Below are positions 1-9,725 of a DNA stretch of 18,011 nt, in pieces. The notes under the pieces were generated by a model. It searched no databases. It worked only from the letters and a program-made list of their open reading frames with translations, and was not told where the DNA came from. Positions within the stretch are counted from its first letter, which is position 1. Every line of letters starts with the position of its first letter. Both the position numbers and the translations under genes were made by a program. Origin of the DNA: Octopus sinensis (taxonomy: Eukaryota); the NCBI RefSeq assembly GCF_006345805.1, contig NW_021824606.1, positions 1 through 18,011 on the forward strand, written 5' to 3'.

Positions 1-35
1 CAACAACAATAACAACAACAACAATAACAACAACA
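1..35. repeat. Imperfect (CAA)n/(CAACAACAATAA)n microsatellite
   Basis: Read directly: caacaacaataacaacaacaacaataacaacaaca. Confidence 0.9.
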
Positions 36-239
36 TTCCTTTAGTTATTAAGTACAAAGCTTTAGTATGTACGTAGAATACCATAAACTCGAAAGACATG
101 TCGAATACAATACAAATGGAGTCGGGCAATTAAAGCGATATAAAATTGTTGAGTGTGACAGCGTTATAGGAAAAGTTAAAGTTGGATGAAAGACTTACGT
201 TCCTAATTATATAAGAATAGACACTGGCCTGACTCTGAA

Positions 240-575
240 ACGTAAAGAGCTGGCTTTGGAATCATGCGGTTTCCGTTTCAATCCCATTGTACTGCATCTT
301 CGGCAAGATTCTTTTGGTCAACCAGCACCCCATAAATGAATTTGTTTGAAGGAGATGTGTTTGTCCCGTGTATTGTCTATGTCCGATGTGTCAATGTTTG
401 TCTCCCCAGCTATGGACATCTGACGTTGGTTTGTTTACGTCTCCGTAACTTAGATGCGATAGAATTACAACCAAACTTAAGATTAAATATTTCTGTCGGT
501 TTGTTCGAATAAACATTTCGAAGTAGTCGCCCTGCACGGCCGCAGTCCAATGACTGAAACAAGTAAAAGGTAAAA
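240..575 (+). mobile_element. Old, diverged copy of tRNA-derived SINE family A (same family as 2178-2590)
   Basis: Aligns to the reverse complement of 2178-2590. 538-569 ggccgcagtccaatgactgaaacaagtaaaag is 31/32 identical to rc of 2192-2223; gacatctgacgttggtttgtttacgtctccgtaacttag matches gacaaccgatgctggtgtgtttacgtccccgttacctag; decayed B-box-like gtttcaatccc at ~275-285. The 5' boundary is approximate. Confidence 0.8.
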
Positions 576-718
576 TAATGAATTTTCATTACAGATTTTA
601 TATTAAACGAGACACGAATAATGCAGCCCGAGAAGTAAGAAGAACCATATGGTTTCGGATTTAGTCGGATCTTAGGCAATCGTCTTCTATTATATATATA
701 TATATATACAAAAACGCA

Positions 719-947
719 GGCAACAGGTTGCTTATCCACATACCCAAAAAATTAGAAATAGCAGTCAAAGACTGTTTATTTCTATTTTCTACAAATGGGA
801 CTCCACACTCGACATATCCCTGTAATTACGTATGCAAATGTGAATTACAGGGATATGTCGTATGTGGAGTCTTATTTGTAGAAAGTAGAAATAGTCTTTG
901 ACAGCTATTTCTAATTTTTTCGGTATGTGGCTAAGCAACCTGTTGCC
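719..947. mobile_element. Fold-back MITE-like element: ~105-bp inverted arms with a 15-nt spacer, in TA-rich flanks
   Basis: Arm 719-827 vs rc of 843-947: 8 mismatches plus one 4-nt indel by manual alignment. Looser symmetry extends to ~708 and ~960 (aaaacgcaggcaac vs aaaagaggctggcaac). No coding capacity. Superfamily not determined. Confidence 0.8.
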
Positions 948-1070
948 AGCCTCTTTTATTTATATACAAAATATATATTGAACTTTTATAGAAGTTCTTA
1001 CCGTTAATGGTTATATTTACAGTAAATAATTGTTGGTTTTTAAAAACCATTAAAGCTATTGTTTACTCTT

Positions 1071-1116
1071 ATTATATATATATTTATAATATATATTATA
1101 TATATAATATATATAT

Positions 1117-1180
<64 letters not shown>

Positions 1181-1351
1181 TAAATGAATAGATAGATACA
1201 TAGATAGATAGAAAGAGAGAAGATGAATAGATATATATATTTACAGAGAGAGTGAGAAAGAAAAAAGAAATAAATAGGTAGACAGATGCAGAAGAAATGA
1301 TCGATAGATAAATAGATTGATATAGAGACAAACAGGTAGATAAATGGAGAG

Positions 1352-1382
<31 letters not shown>

Positions 1383-1404
1383 GGGAGAGAGAGAGGGGGG
1401 AGAG
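1071..1404. repeat. Compound microsatellite (TA)n-(ATAG)16-degenerate GATA-(GA)n/(G/A-rich)
   Basis: Pure ATAG run at 1117-1180; GA-rich run ~1347-1404. Explains the ORFs at 1056-1448 and 1096-1464. Confidence 0.95.
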
Positions 1405-1859
1405 AATGAACAATTCCTTATATTGATAGGTACCGATTCTCGAATCAATCACAATGCACACCATCTTGGCTGGAATACGAACTCACAGCACAGACAGCGA
1501 AACAGGCTCCCTACGTCTACACCGTTTGATTGCATCATTATTGCACGGATTCTTCGTCAGAAATATTTCTGAAATATAAGACTAACATTTACGGACACAC
1601 ATTCACACATACGCACTTATACATACACACATTTATATTTCCACAGATGTATATGGATGTAAACGAATGTTGGTGCTCCGTTTTCTTCGGAAAGAAGTCA
1701 TCGCAAAGTAAATGTTAATATGTAGTTTAAATATTTTAAAATGTGAATCGGTACATTTCGTTCGCCATTGAGAAAAGGAAAAACCATTTATACATACTAA
1801 ACTTGAACGTAGCATTTGAAATCAACCAATAACATACGTTGCTGTTCGCGCATTTTAAG

Positions 1860-1983
1860 CACGTATGTGTGTATATATACATACTTACATATATACGTAA
1901 CTACACCCATTCATACTTACACACATACTTACATATATATATATATGTATGTGTATATGTGTGTGTATATATACATATATACA
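1860..1983. repeat. Degenerate (TA)/(CA)/(TG) low-complexity tract
   Basis: Read directly. Confidence 0.85.
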
Positions 1984-2177
1984 TGATGATGATACGCGCT
2001 CACAGGGATTCCCCTGAGCGTATGTGTACCCATGTGATGCTCTTATGTGCTTCTCTGTATTTCTGTAAGAATGTACAAGTGAGTGAAAAGGAATATAAAC
2101 CCCACTTTCCAGAATTCACCCCTACTTTCCGAGCTAACCAGTATTTTGGAAAATCACTTTTTACATACAAATATATA

Positions 2178-2590
2178 CTCTTTACTCTTTACTTTTACTT
2201 GTTTCAGTCATTTGACTGCGGCCATGCTGGAGCACCGCATTTAATCGAGCAACTCGACCCCGGGACTTATTCTTTTGTAAGCCCAGTACTTATTCTATCG
2301 GTCTCTTTTACCGAACCGCTAGGTAACGGGGACGTAAACACACCAGCATCGGTTGTCAAGCAATGCTAGGGGGACAAGCACAGACACACAAACATACACG
2401 CACACACATATATATATACATATATACGACGGGCTTCTTTCAGTTTCCGTCTACCAAATCCACTCACAAGGCTTTGGTCGGCCTGAGGCTATAGCAGAAG
2501 ACACTTGCCCAAGTTCGCACGCAGTGGGACTGAACCCGGAACCATGTTGTTGGTTAGCAAGCTACTTACCACATAGCCACACTTGCGCCT
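2178..2590 (-). mobile_element. Near full-length tRNA-derived SINE family A with internal CA/TA microsatellite and short-repeat tail
   Basis: Minus strand starts aggcgcaagtg-TGGCTATGTGG (A box, 2569-2579) and GGTTCAGTCCC (B box, 2526-2536), then ttgggcaagtgtcttc (CORE-like motif), a CA/TA tract (~2380-2427) and an (AGTAAAG)-like tail (2178-2200). Resembles an abundant octopus SINE from recall. Confidence 0.9.
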
Positions 2591-2613
2591 ATATATGAAT
2601 CATATATCAATAT

Positions 2614-2787
2614 GGGTGCAAGTGTGGCTCCAGGGTACGACGTTTGCCTAGAAATAGCATGGCCTCAGGTTCAAGCCCACTGTGTGGCACATTCTGTGTT
2701 TTCTGTCACATCTAAGGGTTCTCCCATAGACTCAGTCTGAGCAAAGCCTTCTTGGCGGATTTAGTCCAAGACGGAAAATGAAAAAGA
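2614..2787 (+). mobile_element. Diverged 5' half of SINE family A, head-to-head with 2178-2590
   Basis: gggtgcaagtgtggct...catggcctcaggttcaagcccactgtgtggcac and caaagcctt...ggattt...gacggaaaatgaaaaaga align to the rc of 2430-2590; B-box-like ggttcaagccc. Confidence 0.75.
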
Positions 2788-3039
2788 TAATGAATTACTA
2801 ACTACAAGATAACGAGTTCAAAACTTCGTATTGACCTTCCACTGTGTACGATAACACTACATGTACATCTCAGTGTATTTCACTTCCAACAATTGACTAT
2901 TGCAATTTGAAGTTTAATGGTCAGCAGCAAGAAAAATGTCTAGATATCTTTAAAAATGTCGTGCAAAATATTCCGAGAAAAAGCTTTTTTTTTTCATAAC
3001 AAAACACAGACACACACACAGAGGTGTCTCTGTGTTAAA

Positions 3040-3190
3040 TCGAGCTACTACAAATAGCAGCCAAATTTCTCTTAAAACACACCCTTCCATCAAAATATAG
3101 ACACCGATTTACAGTATGTTTAGGAAGAAAAAAAGGACAAAATCTCTGTGATGGGTCTGCGACATTAGAGGAATCTCTGCGTTAAACAAA
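3040..3190 (+). mobile_element. Possible decayed 3' part of another octopus SINE-like repeat
   Basis: Only recalled similarity of ctactacaaatagcagccaaatttctcttaaaacacaccc and the end ...gttaaacaaa to an octopus repeat. No second copy in the window to confirm. Confidence 0.3.
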
Positions 3191-3505
3191 GCACACACAA
3201 ACATAGTTCACAAAAAAATAATATCTGCTAAGTCATACGAAGAAAGTTGACGGTATATTTTCGAACTCCCATTCCCTGGTAAAACTCCACATAGATTGTT
3301 CAGGCAGAGTTGCCTCCCTTAGCTTAAGACCTTAAAATTGTGCGACTCCACCTTGTTTTCGAGATTCTTTTTGAAGTAAAAAAGAGTTGTTGTGCAAAAC
3401 ATATACTTTATTTGTTAGCCAAACGATTATTGAACCTTTTGATACCTCATACGGAAAAATCGGCAACTCAATATTTGAATCCATAAGGAACATATTCGCT
3501 CGTTC

Positions 3506-3524
3506 GCACGCGCACACACACACA

Positions 3525-3558
<34 letters not shown>

Positions 3559-3587
3559 ACACACACACACACACACTCTCTCTCTCT
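3506..3587. repeat. (CA)n-(CT)n compound microsatellite
   Basis: Read directly. Confidence 0.95.
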
Positions 3588-5262
3588 GTTTTATATATAT
3601 ATCAAGATTTTAGATATTTCTTTATTTGAAATGTTTTCATTTCCAACGCTATCATTCGCTAGTACAGTAACGTCTCAAGAGAATCTCGGTCTCAAATTTT
3701 GGCATCTGATAGAAACAGATTTTACACAATTTCACGAATGCTATTGATAAAACATGCATAATTAAGAGTTTTTCTATGAATATTTTTGTGCATTATTGTA
3801 TTGTATATGCAAGTAGTATCTGCTGCTGTTTGCTGTGTTTTGTTTCGTCTTATATTTTTCTATAATATGTCTTTATTGTAAACGCATTGTCAATCGATGC
3901 GGCTGTGTTGTATACGAATGACATACACAATACTTTGGGCCATGAACTTTATATCATTAAGTTTACATAGAAATTTTGCATTAATTTAATTGTGTGAAGT
4001 ATATTCTGTAGTTTGGAGATTTGTGTAGTTTCGATAATGAAATTTGTAATTCTAATATCTATTCTAACTGTATTAGTTTCAAATAATTTGTAGTTAAGTT
4101 TGATACATATATTTTATTTTATAGGTGATTATATAAAGCTTTCAACCATTCCGTAATTTGAATGCATCTAGAACATGTAGTATACAATATGGCGCGATTT
4201 GTGTATGTGGCTTTGTTGTATATATATCAGTGTTATATCAGAGGGTGGTGTATGTTTTCCTCTACTCTGCAATATTCCTTTTCTAGAGTGTTCTATATTA
4301 TTAATACTGTTTGTAAACTCTTATGATTTCCCTATTTAAAATTGCTTTGCATGATGAAGGTTTCAAGCAATTTGATTGAATGCCTCTACACTCGTACATT
4401 GTATACCCACGAAGACACTTAGTATGGCATACCAGCAGAAGCATTTTTGTGTGTCTTTCTCGTGCTATAAAAGTTACGCCTTCAATCTATATCTATATCT
4501 AAGGACGTAGTAATGGCGACGTTCGATTTAATGCTAGGAATATGCTGACACATAAAACTGAACATCAAAATATTCTGAAGATAGAAGGAAGTAAGAAAGA
4601 AAAAAACAACTATATTTGAAAGCAAGAATAAAACATAATTCCGTTTGAAATCTTCAGATCTAAGGAAATATAAGAATTTAAGAGAACACTTGGTAACAAA
4701 ATCAGGGAAAAAAGGGATGCCGTAGAAAAAGGTTGGATTCTACACTGCTTCCGGGATTCTAAGTGAATATCAAGGATTGCACAAGAAAGTTTATTCCTTG
4801 TCTTTTATCTTAAGAATTTACCAAAATCCTTCATACTTTCTTCGCACTTTCTTCCTCATCTCTTCTCTTCCACTTCTACCAAAATATCCTCTCTTAAATA
4901 CATCTACCTCTAAAAGCTCAGTAATTTTTAAAGTGATACGAGGTAAACTAACACACATGTTCCATTTATTTTCAATTTTTCCGTTTCTTTTCTCTGTGAG
5001 ATTTCTCTTCGTCTTTCAGAAGAAGTACTTAAGCTCAGAATATCAAAGACATTTCTAACTCCACTTCCCCAGTGCTCACTTAATAACTGTGCTTTTCACT
5101 GCGCTTTTCGTGCAGATATTTTACGTCGAAAATCTTGCAATTATATCGACACATTCAGAGATGGCCGCTTAGTTGATCCTTTCTCTTCTTCTTCACACAG
5201 TTCTGGATTATAGACTGCCTCTTGGAAATTTCAGAGAGCTAACACGTATGACACGAGTGTAT

Positions 5263-5363
5263 TTTCAAAACAAACACATTCACACACGTACATATATAAA
5301 TGCATATGCGTACACACAGACAGCGGCATTCACACATATATACATATATAAGCAAACACACAC

Positions 5364-5407
<44 letters not shown>

Positions 5408-5852
5408 TGCATATATAGTTATATATGTGTGTATATATATGTGTGCATATACATATATCTATACATACACATATACAAACATACATACCTATATGTATAT
5501 ATATACATACATATATGTGCATACGTGTATGTATACATATATGTATATGCGCATGTAAATATCCACATAAATATACATATATATATATGTGTGTATCTAT
5601 CTATCAACATATATATATGCATATACATATATGTATACATACACATATACAAACATGCATATCTATATCATATGTATGTGTATAAGCATACATACTTACA
5701 CAGACATACATATATACATACATATATACATGCATAAATACATACATAAAATCATACATACATACGTAAAGATAGATAGATACAACTATATATACATTCA
5801 CGCCTGCACGCATACATGCATTCATACATATATATATAGAGAGAGAGAGAGA
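5263..5852. repeat. ~590-bp degenerate (TA)/(CA)/(TG) tract ending in (GA)n
   Basis: Read directly. Source of the H/T/Y/I-rich ORFs at 5280-5879. Confidence 0.95.
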
Positions 5853-6373
5853 TACCTATACACCTTGGCAAACCTGTAGATGGTAACAAAAAAAAACCGT
5901 CCAACCCCACAAAAGAATCGTTTTCTGCATTCTGTGTATTTCTCCTGCAGCCAAATTATATAATACATGGAAATCAATACATGTGACCTATCCAATATTC
6001 ATTGGCTCTTATCTCAGATGCAGTTTGGCTCTAGGAACTTCGATTACAGAAATCAACTTGTATACATCTATGTCAAACCGTACACTGTACTTCCACTTCT
6101 AAATTTCATCATTGTTACCATCTCACACTTCGCTTCAGTCCTCCAGCAATAAAAAAAAATATTTCGTTAGCTATTTACTTCGTTTGTTCCAGTTGCTGTT
6201 GAGTTTTCGTTCGCTTTTTTTTTTATTCTGTTTTATTTAAAACATTTTTTTTGACTTTGGAGAATTTTTCTGTTCTGTTCTTTTTTTGTTTTGTTTTTTT
6301 TTTGTTTCCATTCGAGTGATCTTTGTGTTTTTGTTTCTTTACACAAAGGATTTAATTTGAATCAATAAAAAAC

Positions 6374-6516
6374 GTGTGTGTGTGTGGTGTGTGTGTGTGT
6401 GTGTGTGTGTTTGTGTGTGTGTATGAATGCCCGAGTATACTTATACGCTTATGTATTGAGAAACACACACATTTTTCTTTGTGTCTCTCTCCTTCTCTTT
6501 CTCTCGCTCCACCACC

Positions 6517-6553
<37 letters not shown>

Positions 6554-6885
6554 ATCAAGTATGAATGTGTGAGTGTATGTTTGTGTATAGATGTAAGTGT
6601 AGGAACATATATACATATATATATATATACATATATATTTATGTATACAGGAATACACACACACGCTCACACATACACACACTTATATGTATATATACAT
6701 ATATATGTATGTATATGTATGGATATAAGTATATATTTATATGTATATATATAAATATCTTTATAAGTTTCTTCTGTATGTATAATCATATATGTACATA
6801 TACATATATGCACATATATACGCACACGAGTGTGTGCGTGTTGTGTGTGCGTGTTGTGTGTGTATGTGTGTGTATGCCTGTATGT
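6374..6885. repeat. Compound (GT)n, (CT)n, (TA)n and degenerate TA/TG tract
   Basis: Read directly. Confidence 0.9.
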
Positions 6886-7000
6886 ACTTCACTTGCAAGA
6901 ATACCCGTCTCGAAACTGTGTTTCACGTCTCAGCGATATTCAGGCGAAGTTTTGCATCGAGAAACTTTTAGTGACAACATATTATCAGTACAAGGTGTTA

Positions 7001-7296
7001 ATAATCTTCGGCCCCATGAAAGAGTGTTTGAGAGGCAAACATTATTCCAGTGACGAGGAAATGAAAACTGTAGTGAAGAAGTGGCTCAAAGAACAGTCAA
7101 CAGAATTTTACGGGGCAGGGATACATGCTCTCTTTCGAAGGTGGAACATTGCTATTGAGAGAAACGGTGACTATGTTGAGAAGTAGGGATGTGATCCACA
7201 GAGGACCAGCTTCATTTTGATGTATGATACATGTTCCTCTGTTGGTAATTATACCTGTCCTAAACAAAATGGCATTACTTTTGACTCGACCTCTTA
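7001..7296 (+). mobile_element. 5'-truncated mariner (Tc1/mariner) relic: transposase C-terminus, 3' UTR and right TIR
   Basis: 7004-7186 encodes IFGPMKECLRGKHYSSDEEMKTVVKKWLKEQSTEFYGAGIHALFRRWNIAIERNGDYVEK*, the typical mariner C-terminus that follows YSPDLAPSD. 7271-7296 ggcattacttttgactcgacctctta is a mariner-type TIR ending in TA. The catalytic DD34D region is absent. Confidence 0.9.
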
Positions 7297-7339
7297 TATT
7301 AGCTGTTCTCCTACAACAGAACGCAGCAAAAATTAGCAT

Positions 7340-7539
7340 ATTTGATATTAAATTTTGCCACAATGCCAGCAATTTCGGATGGGGTTTAATTCAATTATAT
7401 CGACCCCGGTGCCCAACTGGCATTTATTTTATCGACTCCAAAACGATAAAAGCAAATTCGACCACGGCTGAATTTGAACTCTGTACGTAAAGACAGACAA
7501 TATGCCCAAAGTGCTAACGATTCTGTAGCTTGTCTCCTT
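7340..7539 (-). mobile_element. Diverged tRNA-derived SINE family B with an internal deletion in the head
   Basis: Minus strand reads ggagacaagctacagaatcgttagcac...gagttcaaattcagccgtggtcga (B-box-like GAGTTCAAATT)...ttggagtcgataaaataaatgccag...ggggtcgatataattga...gaaattgctggcattgtggcaaaattt. The gtcgataaaataa core and the tail resemble an octopus SINE from recall. Confidence 0.75.
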
Positions 7540-7884
7540 TAGCAGCACTTACCATATTCACGTTCGAATTTGCCAGAATATATTTAGAATAAATAACCAA
7601 ACCATTGCTTGATCTCTTATCAAATGTTTTATAGATTTTTTAACTTAAAATTTGTGAATAATAAATACTTAATTTTAATTAGAAAAAATATCTATTGAAA
7701 TTATGACATTAATAATTTGCCTTCAGTGAATATGTTAATTAGCTAATTGCCTCAAGTCGAATTTGCTAATTAGCTAATTGTTGGTCATGATATTGATATC
7801 AGTGAAACGTCTTGAATGAGTTGTTTCATTAACGAAGTAGTAGATTTTTGATCCTCGGTCCGGTATGTGAGGTTTGACATGTAA

Positions 7885-7950
7885 ACAACAACAACAAAAA
7901 CAACAACAGAAAAACAACAACAACAACCATTAATAGCAACAACAAAAAAA
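7885..7950. repeat. Imperfect (CAA)n tract
   Basis: Read directly. Confidence 0.85.
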
Positions 7951-8194
7951 AAACGAGAGACGAAGAGAAAAGCTGAGGTGGGGCGATTTTTATACGTGGT
8001 GATACTTTTCTTATTGAATGGCTTCAAAATGAAGGAAATTCTAAATCAATGTAAAATAGTGAAAAAAAAATCTCTCAGTTTAAAAATGTTTTTAATTCTC
8101 GGTTTTAAATATCTTAATATATTTCAAAGAATCATTCGCTCGTACGGGCATATAGAGTTATACGCATGCGCTCACAGACACACGTAACAAACAC

Positions 8195-8331
8195 ACAGAA
8201 ACAGGAATCTGTATACGTATATATACGTGCATATATACATATACACATATATAATACACACACATACACATATTGATTTATATATATACACATGTATAGT
8301 TACGCACATATAAGTATATACGCACACATAC

Positions 8332-8364
<33 letters not shown>

Positions 8365-8498
8365 CATCTATAAGAGTTTGTATACATCTATATGACTATA
8401 TATATATATGCATATGCATATATGGTTATATTATGAATGCCTGTCTGTCTGTCTCTAGTTACCTGCTTCTCTATCTGTCGCTCTCTCTTCCCCGATAT

Positions 8499-8557
<59 letters not shown>

Positions 8558-8560
8558 GTA
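8195..8560. repeat. Degenerate (TA)/(CA) tract with pure (TA)n runs and a (CTGT)/(CT) segment
   Basis: Read directly. Confidence 0.9.
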
Positions 8561-8915
8561 TATCAATAGTTAGAGTGATAGTAGACACAGACAAATGTAA
8601 ACCTCCGTACAACAACATACACATACTCTACAATACATGGCACACACAACGCTGGTATTAAACGTATATCTCGGGAATTTTATGCTATCGTGTTATGGAA
8701 AGAAAATCAAATCATGAACTTGACGTAGCTCCAGTTATGCCATTACTGCGACTATTTCCACCCATCATTGTTCAAAAATAGAGTTTATACAGGAAGGAAG
8801 TGTAGAGGTTCTCATCGCTTCCATTTCACGGTGTTATTTCTCATTGGAACGACTATCATGTGAGAACTTAAAAGTATAGGTAGCATTACACACGCTATCT
8901 TTCATTACCTTTCCC

Positions 8916-8926
<11 letters not shown>

Positions 8927-8997
<71 letters not shown>

Positions 8998-9014
8998 CAT
9001 CCATCCATCCATCC

Positions 9015-9105
<91 letters not shown>

Positions 9106-9126
9106 CATCTATCTATCTATCTATCT
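8927..9126. repeat. ~200-bp (CTAT)n tetranucleotide STR interrupted by a (CCAT)n block (~8997-9016)
   Basis: Read directly. Confidence 0.97.
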
Positions 9127-9209
9127 AATTACATTTAGCTATTGATTCATGTATAGATACGAATGAATTACTTTTTCCTTTTTCTCTCCTCTCTTTTTCA
9201 TTCTCTTTC

Positions 9210-9725
9210 GTTCTCTCTCTCTGTATATATATATATATATTATATATATATATATATACACCTATATATGTAAATATGTAGATATAAGTATACCTATATG
9301 CTTATGTATGCATATATATATACATATAATTATATATATATATATATATTTAAATAGGTATGTGTGTTTTTGTATGTACGTATGCATGTATGCATGTAAG
9401 TATGTATGATTGTATTGTATGTGCGTATTGAAAGAAACCAATTTGTTTAACATAACACCAAGCTGGCTATTTGACAGAGACAGAAACTAGACATTGCCAA
9501 CACGTTATACGTTTTATAAAGATGCAAATGTACACTCAATCAAATACATATATAGACACACATATTTCCTTGCATAGATGCATATATACACACACTCACC
9601 TAAGCATAGATGCATATATACATGCATGCATGCATACAGACATACCTATACAAACATACATACATACATGTATCCATACATACGTAGTTACATATATGCA
9701 TTGAAGCATATACGCTTGCATACAA
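9210..9725. repeat. Two degenerate (TA)/(TG)/(CATA) low-complexity tracts (~9210-9425 and ~9540-9725)
   Basis: Read directly. Confidence 0.85.

Noticed and set aside
1440-1505. Possible remnant of SINE family B (ggaatacgaactcacagcacagacagcgaaac); also a tail-like scrap at ~11775-11805
   Set aside because: Matches are too short and degenerate to call by eye.
4331-4475. ATGATGA C-box-like motif (snoRNA) and TATAAAAG at ~4466
   Set aside because: No D box or terminal stem at a suitable distance and no properly spaced initiator. Such motifs are expected by chance in AT-rich DNA.
4560-5250. Stop-poor stretches on both strands and an acceptor-like site at ~5019; possible exon or LINE C-terminus
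   Set aside because: No recognisable motif or matching donor. The resemblance to a Tx1 C-terminus (…ILDIHL) was too weak to support.
6830-7186. 118-aa ORF as a functional transposase or SETMAR-like gene
   Set aside because: Only the last ~60 codons are mariner-like. The N-terminal part is (GT)n repeat and unrelated sequence, and the catalytic triad is absent.
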